Source of the DNA: a virus
Strand: one strand, 5' to 3'
IMG/VR virus record: IMGVR_UViG_3300045391_001131
Span: 1-37,910 of that record
Length of the DNA stretch: 37,910 bases
Shown here: positions 22,934 to 32,686 of the stretch, piece after piece
How positions within the stretch are numbered: position 1 is the first letter of the stretch
Layout of the letters: every line of letters starts with the position of its first letter
The notes under the pieces: generated by a model
The model's input: the letters and a program-made list of their open reading frames with translations, nothing else
Database searches by the model: none
What the model was told of the DNA's origin: nothing
Made by a program: the position numbers and the translations under genes

Positions 22934-23443
22934 ATGGCCGAGATTGTCGTCCTAAACGGGATCAACTACACCATCCCTGACCCGGGGGATCAGCCGAACT
23001 GGGGTACGGGCCTCACGCCGTACCTCGTGGCGGTGGCGGCGACGATCGCCTCGAACCCATCGTTTATGCAGTTCGTGAATGTCGCCTCGTCGCCGACGGC
23101 GATGGTCTCTGGCAAAACCTACCTTGTTAACACGGGCTCGATCGCGATCCAGATGAACCTACCGACGCCGGCGCAGAACGCCTGGGTCATCATCAAGGAC
23201 TCAGGCTTCAACGCCTACACGAACAACATCACGGTACACCGTGCGGGTTCTGAAAAGATCGACAACGTGACGGCGGACTTCGTCATCAACAACTGCGGCG
23301 CGGCGTGGGTTTTCATGTCAGACGGGACAGACTGGTTTAGCGTAGGGTCTGCAGGGGACGTCGTTCTGAAGGACATTTCCGACGGGAACCGCTACCGGCT
23401 ATTCATGAATGGTGGTGTACTGTCGACGCAGCAGGTGGCCTGA
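22934..23443 (+). CDS. Tail/fibre-associated structural protein (169 aa), tentative
   Basis: The N-terminal LNGINYTIPDPGDQPNWGTGLTPYLVAVA resembles N-terminal motifs of podoviral fibre/appendage proteins (by eye). Confidence 0.45.
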   Translation: MAEIVVLNGINYTIPDPGDQPNWGTGLTPYLVAVAATIASNPSFMQFVNVASSPTAMVSGKTYLVNTGSIAIQMNLPTPAQNAWVIIKDSGFNAYTNNITVHRAGSEKIDNVTADFVINNCGAAWVFMSDGTDWFSVGSAGDVVLKDISDGNRYRLFMNGGVLSTQQVA

Positions 23444-23444
23444 T

Positions 23445-24461
23445 ATGAAACAGCTATTCCTTGCAGCGCTCGCGATCGCCGGGCTCGCCATGAAGGTGCA
23501 AGCCGCGCCCCTGTATGGATATGTCCAGATTACTACCACCACCGCCTTGACGCCCACCCTGCAAAACGGCGCCATCAATATCGCAAGCGGAACTATTCGC
23601 AACGTTAACGTTACCTTTGGCGTATCGGCGGCTACACTAACGGCATCCGGCCTCATTACCGGCGGCACGTTTTCAGGATCTGGGGCCAGCCTGACAAATA
23701 TCCCGGCCGCGAACATCACCGGGGCCATCCCGACGGCTTCGCTTAGCAACGTTCAGAACACGACGAACACCTGGACTGCGCCTCAAACATTCTCGCGCAC
23801 GATAACCATTTCGTCCAATGTTGTCGATGGTAGCTCCAGCCAGGGAAGTGCTGGGCAGTCGCTTCAATCAAACGCCGGGTCCGCCCCCACGTGGGTCAAC
23901 GTCCCGTCAGCAATTCTGTCTACGACCTCGACGTGGACAGCTAATCAGACGATCACTAGCGCCACGGTCACAACCCTAAACTCTACGACGATTAACGTGA
24001 CGACAATTACGCCGGCCGGAATCGTCGGGACGACGACGAACAGCAACGCCAATGCTGGCAATTATGGCGAGTATATATCGACGAAAACCGCCTCAGCGAC
24101 GAACTGCCCTTCTACTGGTGTCTTCGGCGATCTCGTGTCCTTTACATTGACCGCGGGCGACTGGGACATTAGCAGCAATTTCGTTTACAACAACAACGGT
24201 GCGACGACGACAGGCGGGAGCTTGACGATGGGAATAAGCACCACCTCTGGAAACTCTTCGAGCGGCCTTGTAAGTGGCGATAACCGTGGTGACTATGCCA
24301 CTGCCCCCATCACCGGCTCAAGCAATTTTGTCTCTGGATCAATTCCCGCCTGGCGGCAAAGCATCAGCGGCTCGACCACTTTTTACTTCAAGATGGCCTG
24401 TTCTTATAGCGTCGCGACGCCAACCATTCAGGGACGCATGAGTGCACGGCGAGTCCGATAG
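23445..24461 (+). CDS. Tail-fibre-like protein with N-terminal signal-peptide-like segment
   Basis: 338 aa from ATG 23445 (AGGTGG upstream). N-terminus MKQLFLAALAIAGLAMKVQA/AP. Fibre motif FSGSGASLTNIPAANITGAIPTASL. T/S/N-rich shaft. C-terminal globular domain (GEYISTKTA...LTAGDWDISSNFVYNNNG). Confidence 0.6.
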   Translation: MKQLFLAALAIAGLAMKVQAAPLYGYVQITTTTALTPTLQNGAINIASGTIRNVNVTFGVSAATLTASGLITGGTFSGSGASLTNIPAANITGAIPTASLSNVQNTTNTWTAPQTFSRTITISSNVVDGSSSQGSAGQSLQSNAGSAPTWVNVPSAILSTTSTWTANQTITSATVTTLNSTTINVTTITPAGIVGTTTNSNANAGNYGEYISTKTASATNCPSTGVFGDLVSFTLTAGDWDISSNFVYNNNGATTTGGSLTMGISTTSGNSSSGLVSGDNRGDYATAPITGSSNFVSGSIPAWRQSISGSTTFYFKMACSYSVATPTIQGRMSARRVR

Positions 24462-24471
24462 GAGGAATCAG

Positions 24472-24684
24472 ATGCAAGGACCTGACCAATACGAGATGGA
24501 TGATCAGTTGATGGATGAGCTCGGCGGAGCGATGGACAGCTTCGATGCGGGAAAGATGAAGCCGATCGTCACAATCACGTTAGCCGTCAATGATGGCTCG
24601 GCTGAAGAGAAGAAGCCCGAAGATGGCGATGATGCGATGCCGACACCCGAAGAGATGGACGAACTAGAAAAGGCGCTCGGTTAA
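24472..24684 (+). CDS. Small highly acidic protein (70 aa)
   Basis: SD GGAGGA. D/E-rich (MQGPDQYEMDDQLMDELGG...PEDGDDAMPTPEEMDELEKALG). Confidence 0.6.
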   Translation: MQGPDQYEMDDQLMDELGGAMDSFDAGKMKPIVTITLAVNDGSAEEKKPEDGDDAMPTPEEMDELEKALG

Positions 24685-24693
24685 GGAGGCCAC

Positions 24694-25668
24694 ATGGTAG
24701 TCGCCCTCGGCGCTCCGGTCACGGTTGACTCTATCGTTTCGACGGTTAAGCAACAGGCTGTCGTGCCGAACACGGCGTCGCTTTTCTCGTCGGCGAACGT
24801 TGCGAACCTTCTCGACGACGCTATGCGGAAGAAAGTCATTCCGCTGGTGAAATCGCTGAAGGAGGAATACTGGGTCACGACGATCGCGACGCAGATTTCG
24901 GCGTCGGTGAACGCCTACGCGATTCCTTACCGTGCCGTCGGACATGCGCTACGCGACGTGGCGCTCATGGACAACAATCAGAACCTGCTGCAGCTCGTGC
25001 GCTACGAGCCGGAGGACATCAAGTTCCCGCTCATCCCGTACAACAGCCCCTATTTCCGGCTCGGCTACTACCTACAAGATTTCAACGTGGTCCTTTTCCC
25101 GCCGCAAGTCTCGAATTATACGGCCTACCAGATTTTGATGAAGTACGAGCGCCGCCCATCCAACCTTACACTAACCTCAAACTGCGGGCAGATCACGAGT
25201 TTCAATCAGGGGGCGTCGGCCTTAACACTTTCTTTCGTGCCCACCTCGTGGTCGACCTCGACGACGCTCGACGTCATCAACAACCTCCCGCCGTTTAACT
25301 CGATTGCAGACGACGTGGTGATCACGAACATCAATGGGCTGACGCTGACGGTCACGATCCCGTCCGGCTTTTCCTCGACGTTCTGGTCCAACGTGGCCGC
25401 AAATTACTGGTGCGCGCCTTCCATGACGACGCCGATCCCACAGATTCCCTATGAGGCTTTCCCGTATCTGACCGCACTCGGGAAAAAACAGGTGCTCGAA
25501 GGGCTCGGCGACTCGAACATGCTGAAGTCGGTTGACGACGATATTGCCGACTCGAAGGTGTTACTCAATTCGATTTTGACGCCGCGCGTGGAAGGAACGC
25601 CGAAGACGCTCTCGGGCTTTGGCGGGATCATCAACTACGGGCAGAACAGGATCGGGAACCTCGGCTAA
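24694..25668 (+). CDS. Head-tail adaptor / tail tubular protein A-like (by position)
   Basis: 324 aa. SD AAGGAGG. It precedes the 836-aa protein, as gp11 precedes gp12 in T7-like layouts. No motif-level support. Confidence 0.4.
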   Translation: MVVALGAPVTVDSIVSTVKQQAVVPNTASLFSSANVANLLDDAMRKKVIPLVKSLKEEYWVTTIATQISASVNAYAIPYRAVGHALRDVALMDNNQNLLQLVRYEPEDIKFPLIPYNSPYFRLGYYLQDFNVVLFPPQVSNYTAYQILMKYERRPSNLTLTSNCGQITSFNQGASALTLSFVPTSWSTSTTLDVINNLPPFNSIADDVVITNINGLTLTVTIPSGFSSTFWSNVAANYWCAPSMTTPIPQIPYEAFPYLTALGKKQVLEGLGDSNMLKSVDDDIADSKVLLNSILTPRVEGTPKTLSGFGGIINYGQNRIGNLG

Positions 25669-28178
25669 TGCTAACGACCGTCCTTCAGGCAACGGGTGTC
25701 CAAACCAACACGAACAAGCTCTCCGTTCAGGCAGGCGGGCTCGTGCAGGCGGATAACTGTGTCATCGACAAAAAGGATGTCATCGAAATTCGTCGCGGGT
25801 TCAATCCGGTGGGCACGACCTTCGCTTTTGCGGGGAGTGCGGACAACCTCTACGTTTTCCAAGGTCGCATGCTGGCATCGAACGGGAGCACGCTCGCCTA
25901 TGATTCTACTTCTAACGCTAGTAGTCCTTCCTGGAGCAGCTATTCTGGCAGTTATTCTCCGCCGTCTGGCGCGAACAAGATCCATGCGGTCGAAGGCGTT
26001 AACTCGAACCTCTATTTCACGACCAATGTCGGCGTGTACAAAGTCGACACGGTAACGAGCACTCCATACCTCGCCGGCGGACCAAAGGCTCTCGACGGTA
26101 CGGGCGTGATCGATGGATCGGGGTCTGGCTGGTTCCTGAACAACGCAAACGTTGCCTACCAGGTCGTCTGGGGCTACATCGACGCCAACAACAACACGGT
26201 TCTGGGCGACCCCTCAGAGCTGATCAACGTCACAAATACGTCGGGCACCCCTCAGAACGTGACGCTCACGTTTACAGTACCCTCCGGACTATCAACCTCA
26301 TATTTCTGGCAACTCTACCGCTCGGCGCAGACGGGATCGACCTCGACTGTGGCTGGCGTACAGTTCCAGCTCGTCGCCCAGGCGAATCTGACCGCGGGGC
26401 AAATTTCGGCTCTTTCCGTCACCTACACCGACCAGACGCCGGACAATTTGAAGGGTGCGTATCTCTACACCGACACTACGCAGCAGGGGCCACTACAGAC
26501 GAATGATCAGCCGCCTCTTGCTGTCGATATGTGCTACTGGAAAAACATGATGTTTTACCTGAACATCAAGTCGAAACAGCGGGCCTACATCACCGTCATT
26601 TCGGTTGGCGCGCCTTCCGGAATTCAGATTGGCGACACCTTCGTCATCACGAGTGGCTCGACGACTCTTACGTTCACGGGCGCCGCAGCGCAGAACGTAG
26701 CCTCGGGTCAGTTCAAGGTCGATACGACCTCGACGTCGGCTGTTAACATCGACGCCACGGCACGGAATCTTGTCGCGCTCATCAATCAGTATGCGACGAA
26801 CTCACTGATTTACGCCTACTACATCTCGGGCTATCAGCAGCTCCCGGGCCAGATCCTTTTAGAGGAGCGGGCGATCGGCGGCGCCGTGTTCTCCCTCACA
26901 AGCTCGCGCGGCGGAGCCTATTCGCCGGTTATCCCATCGTCTGGATCGGCCTATGCCTCGACGAACACGAACCAGCAGAATGGGCTTGCCGTTTCCAAGG
27001 TCGGGCAACCCGAAGCCGTCCCGCTCGTTAATCTTTTGCCCGTCGGAGCGGCCGATCAAGATGGTTACCGGGTCCTTCCGCTCACTGATGCGGTCTACGT
27101 GCTCAAAGCCGACGGGGTTTTTCGCGTCACGGGCGACAATCCCTCGAATCTCGTGGTCACCGTCGCCTACCCAGACACGATTTTGACGGTGCCAGAGTCT
27201 GCGGTCGTCCTGAACAACTCGATTTACGCCTACACGAACCAAGGAATTGTGACGATCAATCAATCCGAGCCGCAACTTCTCTCGTTCCCGATCGAAGATC
27301 AGCTTCTACCGCTGCAAAACATCACGAATTTTACCTCGATGAGCTACGGCGTCGCCTATCCGGCCGACCGGAAGTACGTTTTTTCGTGTCCGACGGACTC
27401 CACCGATACACATCCGACGCAGGAATGGGTCTATAACTATATTACGCAAGCCTGGACACGCTGGGACCGCATAGTTACGGGTGGCGTCGCCAACTCTAAC
27501 GATAACCGGCTCTATTTCTGCTCCAGCGCGGCGCAGAAGCTTGTTCAAGAGCGTAAAACCTACACCGTCATGGACTACGCCGACGAGTCCTATGCCTGCA
27601 ACATCACGAGTTCTTCGGGCACGACAATTACGGTTGATTCAACGACTAATGCGATCGCTGGGATGTCGATAGCACAGCCGAACGCGCTGCACCCTAACCT
27701 TCCAACGACATCGGTCATCGTCTCCGTTAATAGCGCGACCCAAATCACGGTATCCGACACTCTGCAGTGGACGATCGGAGCGGCCGCTTACTATACGCCG
27801 ATCGACTGCACGGTAGGCTACGCACCGGCGCATGGCGGTTTCCCGCTTTATCTCAAACACTTCACTATCTTGAACTTTGAAGTCGACCAACTGACCGCGC
27901 GGACTCTTACCGGCCAGGTTTCGACCGACTTCTCGCCGTACAAAGAAGACTTAGACATCACGCCGATTTTTCTCGGATTCGGTGACGTGCCGTTTGGGAC
28001 TTCCGAGGACTTCGGAGGGGTTGGGTTCAACGCGCAGCCGCTGGCGGCCGTCATTCCCCAGGAAAAGGCGCGCGCACATTGGATCAACGTCTATATCAGC
28101 CAGGAGGAGGCTCTGCGGAAGTTCGTTTTGATGGGTGCGACGGCGCAGTACGAGATCACGTCCACAAGGATGCACTAA
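25668..28178 (+). CDS. Tail nozzle / tubular protein B-like large structural protein (by position and size)
   Basis: 836 aa, TAATG-coupled. Beta-rich S/T/N/Y composition. Confidence 0.45.
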   Translation: MLTTVLQATGVQTNTNKLSVQAGGLVQADNCVIDKKDVIEIRRGFNPVGTTFAFAGSADNLYVFQGRMLASNGSTLAYDSTSNASSPSWSSYSGSYSPPSGANKIHAVEGVNSNLYFTTNVGVYKVDTVTSTPYLAGGPKALDGTGVIDGSGSGWFLNNANVAYQVVWGYIDANNNTVLGDPSELINVTNTSGTPQNVTLTFTVPSGLSTSYFWQLYRSAQTGSTSTVAGVQFQLVAQANLTAGQISALSVTYTDQTPDNLKGAYLYTDTTQQGPLQTNDQPPLAVDMCYWKNMMFYLNIKSKQRAYITVISVGAPSGIQIGDTFVITSGSTTLTFTGAAAQNVASGQFKVDTTSTSAVNIDATARNLVALINQYATNSLIYAYYISGYQQLPGQILLEERAIGGAVFSLTSSRGGAYSPVIPSSGSAYASTNTNQQNGLAVSKVGQPEAVPLVNLLPVGAADQDGYRVLPLTDAVYVLKADGVFRVTGDNPSNLVVTVAYPDTILTVPESAVVLNNSIYAYTNQGIVTINQSEPQLLSFPIEDQLLPLQNITNFTSMSYGVAYPADRKYVFSCPTDSTDTHPTQEWVYNYITQAWTRWDRIVTGGVANSNDNRLYFCSSAAQKLVQERKTYTVMDYADESYACNITSSSGTTITVDSTTNAIAGMSIAQPNALHPNLPTTSVIVSVNSATQITVSDTLQWTIGAAAYYTPIDCTVGYAPAHGGFPLYLKHFTILNFEVDQLTARTLTGQVSTDFSPYKEDLDITPIFLGFGDVPFGTSEDFGGVGFNAQPLAAVIPQEKARAHWINVYISQEEALRKFVLMGATAQYEITSTRMH

Positions 28179-28580
28179 ATGAAGCTCCCGACGATTCAAC
28201 GCTTCCAGAAGCAGAACTATCCGGGCTCGCCCGACTGGTTCACGCGCTTCATTTCGGACGTGAATTCGTTCACGGAGATCATCTGGAACATCTTGAACAA
28301 AAACGTCACGCCGTCGGACAACATGGACGCGCAGGTGTACCAGACGACGCTCCTGGCCGGCGCCGCGGCCTCGAACAACACGCTTTCTTTTCAGTCGACA
28401 CTGAAGCACACGCCGCAAGCCGTCATTATCGGGGCGGTTACCGATCAGGCGGCATATTCTGGCGCGTTTTCATCAGCGGTGTTCCCGACGTGGTCATTCT
28501 CAGGGACGACGGTCTCGATCGTGGGAATTACTGGCCTGACGAGTGGTCACACATACAGCATCACCTTCGTTATTTTGTAG
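28179..28580 (+). CDS. Hypothetical structural protein (133 aa)
   Basis: ATG directly after the previous TAA. Beta-rich. Confidence 0.55.
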   Translation: MKLPTIQRFQKQNYPGSPDWFTRFISDVNSFTEIIWNILNKNVTPSDNMDAQVYQTTLLAGAAASNNTLSFQSTLKHTPQAVIIGAVTDQAAYSGAFSSAVFPTWSFSGTTVSIVGITGLTSGHTYSITFVIL

Positions 28581-28612
28581 TCGCTGAAGTTCAAGTTCAT
28601 AGCGGTTTCGGA

Positions 28613-28654
28613 CGCCTGTGTGGAGGCTGGGCCCTTCATACAGGCGCTGTTTTT
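28613..28654 (+). terminator. Strong hairpin plus short T-tract inside the late operon (attenuator or RNA-stability element)
   Basis: 14-bp stem CGCCTGTGTGGAGG / CCTTCATACAGGCG (two G-U pairs), 6-nt loop, then CTG-TTTTT. The SD GGAGGA of the next gene follows immediately. Confidence 0.5.
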
Positions 28655-28664
28655 GGAGGACAGG

Positions 28665-30155
28665 ATGGCGTTTCTACCAGACCAGCAGCAGGACCAGACG
28701 CAGCAAAGCCAGACGCAAAACCAGATTCCCGCTGTCCCGCAGATCCCGACGCTTCAGGGGGCAAGCGGACCAAGCGCTGGACAAGGTTCTGGCACTGGGG
28801 CGACGAATACTGCCGCTTCACCGGGTGCGGCGCCCACCTCGCCCTGGCAGAACATCAGCGCTTACCTCCAGGCGAATGCAGGCCAGGCTGGGAACGTGGC
28901 CAATACGATCGCGGGGAATCTCCAAAGCCAGTACAACACCGCAAACCAAGGCATTCAGCAGGCGAACCAGAATTTTGGACAGCAGATCGAAAGCGCGCGA
29001 GTTCCACTGAACCAGCAAGTGGCGCAACAGGCCGCCACAAATCCGGGCCAGTTCGCGAAGGACCCGAATAACGTGGCGGCTTTCCAGCAAATGTTTAACG
29101 CGCAGTATTCAGGCCCGCAGGACTTTAGCCATTCCCAGGACTACTCCAACCTGCAGGGCCAGGTCCAGAAGGCGCAAGGGCAGGCCGCGCTCGTCAATCA
29201 AGGCACACCTGGCCTCATGACGCTTTTGCAAGAGGCCGAGTCGCAGGGTGGCCGGAACCCTACCCAGGGAATCACTGCGCTTGATTCACTTCTTCTGCAG
29301 GAGGACCCGAACAATTTCGCGACACTCTCTTCTGCTGCCCAACCCTTCGCTGGCCTGACGAATTATCTCGGTCAGACGCAGCAGGGGCTCGATACCGCCG
29401 CACAAAATGCCGCAAAAGAAGCTGCAGCGACTAAGTCACAGATTCAAAACCAATTCATCGGCCCGGGTGGCGTCGCCCCGACGATGCAGGCCGCACTTAA
29501 TAAGCAGTTGCAGACCGCTTCACAGCAAGCAAAGGGCTACAACACCCAGATCAGTGACATTATCGGGAAGCTGAACTCAGGCCAAGCGCTTTCACCACAG
29601 GAATCCGCCTTAGTCGATCCCGCCGGGACCCTTCAATCCCTCAATCCCTTCGGTACAAGCGGCGGTGTTTTCCAGAACATGCTCGCGGAAGGTTTCCCGG
29701 GCGTTGCCCCAGGCATGCTCGCCCAGTTCTACAACGCTCCGGCCCAGCTCGCGCAGCCTGGGATCGAGAACGTCATGACGCCGCAACAATACGCCGACGC
29801 GCAGGCCATCAATCAGCTCGTCGGCCAGAACGCGATCGGCGTACCGGATCACCTCGGGAATCCTTTTGCTGTCCCGCAATCTTCGGGCAGCTTCGAAGAT
29901 CAGGCAGCCTTGCAGGCTCTCTACGACACCATGAACGCCGATCAGTCGATGCTCCCTCATATGTCGCCGGAACAACAAACCTCTTGGCTGCACGACACAC
30001 AAGCGCTGATGTCCTATCTTGGCATGCCTAGCCCGTATCAAGGGCCACCTGTTCAGCCCGTATCCGAGCCCGTTTCTCCCTTCCCGAACGGCGGAACGAC
30101 ACTCACGAATGGCACTAATTCCACGCAATCCGGCGGCGGCCGCGCGTTCAGGTAA
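28665..30155 (+). CDS. Q/N/A/G-rich internal virion (ejection) protein candidate 1
   Basis: 496 aa from ATG 28665 (GGAGGA upstream). Extreme Gln/Asn/Ala bias, with no hydrophobic core segments visible. Confidence 0.5.
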   Translation: MAFLPDQQQDQTQQSQTQNQIPAVPQIPTLQGASGPSAGQGSGTGATNTAASPGAAPTSPWQNISAYLQANAGQAGNVANTIAGNLQSQYNTANQGIQQANQNFGQQIESARVPLNQQVAQQAATNPGQFAKDPNNVAAFQQMFNAQYSGPQDFSHSQDYSNLQGQVQKAQGQAALVNQGTPGLMTLLQEAESQGGRNPTQGITALDSLLLQEDPNNFATLSSAAQPFAGLTNYLGQTQQGLDTAAQNAAKEAAATKSQIQNQFIGPGGVAPTMQAALNKQLQTASQQAKGYNTQISDIIGKLNSGQALSPQESALVDPAGTLQSLNPFGTSGGVFQNMLAEGFPGVAPGMLAQFYNAPAQLAQPGIENVMTPQQYADAQAINQLVGQNAIGVPDHLGNPFAVPQSSGSFEDQAALQALYDTMNADQSMLPHMSPEQQTSWLHDTQALMSYLGMPSPYQGPPVQPVSEPVSPFPNGGTTLTNGTNSTQSGGGRAFR

Positions 30156-30164
30156 GGAGGCTTT

Positions 30165-31538
30165 ATGGCAAACGGAGCAACGACAACAAGTCTAGGGTCA
30201 CTTGCCGGGATGGGCGCTGGGGCGGCGCTTGGTGGTCCCATGGGTGCCATGCTCGGCAGCTCGGCCGGGGGGATGCTTGGCGGTCTCTTCGGAGGCGGCA
30301 TGTCGGACGACGCCATCGAAGCGCTCAAGAAGGCGCAAGAGGCCATTGAGGCCGTCCCCGTCCCGACGGCGAAGGATATGCAGCTCGTCCTTGCTCCGCT
30401 CGTCCAGCAGGGCATCATCACGCCTGAAGCCTACTCGACGATCCTGCAACAACCGTCCGAGTTCATGAATATCAATCTGGATGAGGCCCCGCGGAATGCG
30501 GAGATTGCCGCCCTATCCCAGATGCAGGACATCGCCAACGAAGGTGGCCAGGACGCCCAGTTCCGGGCGGCAATGAACGACGCCACCAACCAGGCCAACC
30601 AGCAGATGCAGGGCCAGACGGGCTCTATTCTCCAGAATGCGGCCGAGCGTGGGGCGCTCAATTCAAACATGACAGCGGCGGCGCAGCTTGCAAACGCCTA
30701 TGCGGGCAACGCGAACATGGCCAACGCCGGAGTGAACGCGGCGGCGCAAGCGGAACAGCGTGCCCTTCAGGCGATTGCAGAGTCCGCGCAACTTGGGGGC
30801 CAGATCACCCAGCAGGACTATTCGCAGGCGGCACAAAGGGCTGCGGCGATCGATGCCATCAACCGTTATAACGCCCAGAATAGTCAGCAACAGTCCAACC
30901 AAAACGTGCAGACGCGGAATCTCGCGCAGGCCTCCAATTTGGACACGGCGCAGCAGATCGCCCAGTACAACAACCAAATTAAGAACCAGCAGGCCGAATA
31001 CAACGCTCAGTTACCGGCTCAACAGTTTGCGATGCAAATGCAAAAGGCTGGCGCAATGGCGGGGATTGCGGAGCCGATGGCAAACCTGTACCAGCAGGGG
31101 TTTCAAAACCAAGCGGCAACGCAGGGCAACCTGATCGGCGGGCTCGGGCAAAACCTCTCCAACTACTACAACAACCAGAATCTGGTGAATGCTCTGAAGG
31201 GCATGCAACAGCCGGCGGCCAGTGCGAGCACCGCTCCCGCGCTTGTTCAGAACACGAATTCCGCCTATGGCGGATGGGGCGCCGCCGAGGGCGGCGTTGT
31301 GCCAGGCCGCGCGCCAGTTCCCGGCGACCATCCGGCGAACGATCTGGTCCACGCGCGCCTTTCGCCTGGGGAAGTGGTCGTCCCACGTTCCGCTGCGGCA
31401 AATCCAATCAGCCTAGCGAATTTTGTAGCCCACCTTCCGCAAGGTAGTGCTCCAAAGATTCACCCCGAAGATGTCAAAACCGTGCTTTCGGCTCTGACGG
31501 CTATGCGCGGCGGAATGTGGAAGGGAGGGTACTGCTAA
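30165..31538 (+). CDS. Internal virion (ejection) protein candidate 2 with N-terminal glycine-zipper
   Basis: 457 aa. SD AAGGAGG. GMGAGAALGGPMGAMLGSSAGGMLGGLFGGG glycine zipper. Q/N/A-rich body. The C-terminal GGVVPG...DLVHARLSPGEVVVP motif is seen in podoviral internal proteins (by recollection). Confidence 0.5.
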   Translation: MANGATTTSLGSLAGMGAGAALGGPMGAMLGSSAGGMLGGLFGGGMSDDAIEALKKAQEAIEAVPVPTAKDMQLVLAPLVQQGIITPEAYSTILQQPSEFMNINLDEAPRNAEIAALSQMQDIANEGGQDAQFRAAMNDATNQANQQMQGQTGSILQNAAERGALNSNMTAAAQLANAYAGNANMANAGVNAAAQAEQRALQAIAESAQLGGQITQQDYSQAAQRAAAIDAINRYNAQNSQQQSNQNVQTRNLAQASNLDTAQQIAQYNNQIKNQQAEYNAQLPAQQFAMQMQKAGAMAGIAEPMANLYQQGFQNQAATQGNLIGGLGQNLSNYYNNQNLVNALKGMQQPAASASTAPALVQNTNSAYGGWGAAEGGVVPGRAPVPGDHPANDLVHARLSPGEVVVPRSAAANPISLANFVAHLPQGSAPKIHPEDVKTVLSALTAMRGGMWKGGYC

Positions 31539-32686
31539 TGTCGGAACAGAACCAGCCGGAGGAATCGCCCATCATGATCGCCCTGCGCAATTATGTGCTG
31601 GGTCACGGCGGCCTGGGCGGAGTTGACCAGAAAGAGACCCAGCTTGCAATGAACGTCGAGCCATCATCGGGGACCGCCAAGGGATACGCCAATGGCGGTA
31701 TCGTTATGCCGGATCTTGGCGATCTGCCAATCCCGGGCAGCGATTTTGACGTGGCTAACCAATCCTCAACTTTCAAAACGAATGGGAATGTTGCACTGCC
31801 GCCCATTCCGCCCGCTTTGCTTGCTGCTGCCGCTCAGAAACAAATTCCTCCGGCCGCCCAGGCACCCGCTCCGGGGCCTCGTCCGGCTCCAATGGCTCCG
31901 CCGACACCGCCGATGCCTAGCATGGGAGACGTGCTCCAGCAGGCTCAGACTGCGGGGAACCAGCTTTATGGCGCCTATACGCCTGAACGCCGAAATGAAC
32001 TCTATGCCTACCTCGCCGAAAAAGCGAACGGAATGCCGAACGCCATTGGAGCGGGACTGGCAAGCGTAGGGGACGCGATCGCGCGCGGCTACGGACGCGA
32101 TGCTGGCGCGAATTTCCTGGATAAGACTCTGCAAGGGACAAAAGCCAGCCGCGAAGAAGCGCTTGGAGCCTTCGACACGGCCCAGAAGGGGGCGCTGGCG
32201 GAAACATCTACCGGCATGGAACTTCAGAAGATGGACCCGAACTCGGCGATTTCCAAGGTCAGCCGTGCGGCCTATGCGCCGATGCTGGCCAAGCTCGGCT
32301 ATAGCCCTGCAGCGATCGCCAAGATGAGCGGTGCGAATGTTGAAACGGCCGCCAAAGTAGCGGCGGACCTCGGCGGCAAGGAAATGGAAAACCTCTTCCA
32401 CCAGGCGCAGCTTATCGTTGAAAGCCAGTTCCACAAAGCGGAGCTCGGCGAAAAGGAATCGGCCCGCAAAGCCGAAGCCCTGAAAACTCTGTCGGAGCAT
32501 CCGATCGCAAGCATGCTCCCGACCGCCTCCAATGCGGCACTCAAGCAGCAAGCGGGTCTCCAAGATGCTGGGACGGGGCAAGCTGGCGGCCCAGCCACTG
32601 GCCCCCTTGGCCAGACGACGGTTAAAGACGGGAAAACGTATGAATGGTCGCCGATCACTCAGAAATATCACCTCAAGCAATCATGA
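31538..32686 (+). CDS. Internal virion protein candidate 3 (A/P/G-rich)
   Basis: 382 aa from the TAATG-coupled ATG 31538. Contains a Pro/Ala-rich linker (PPIPPALLAAAAQKQIPPAAQAPAPGPRPAPMAPPTPPMP). Confidence 0.45.
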   Translation: MSEQNQPEESPIMIALRNYVLGHGGLGGVDQKETQLAMNVEPSSGTAKGYANGGIVMPDLGDLPIPGSDFDVANQSSTFKTNGNVALPPIPPALLAAAAQKQIPPAAQAPAPGPRPAPMAPPTPPMPSMGDVLQQAQTAGNQLYGAYTPERRNELYAYLAEKANGMPNAIGAGLASVGDAIARGYGRDAGANFLDKTLQGTKASREEALGAFDTAQKGALAETSTGMELQKMDPNSAISKVSRAAYAPMLAKLGYSPAAIAKMSGANVETAAKVAADLGGKEMENLFHQAQLIVESQFHKAELGEKESARKAEALKTLSEHPIASMLPTASNAALKQQAGLQDAGTGQAGGPATGPLGQTTVKDGKTYEWSPITQKYHLKQS

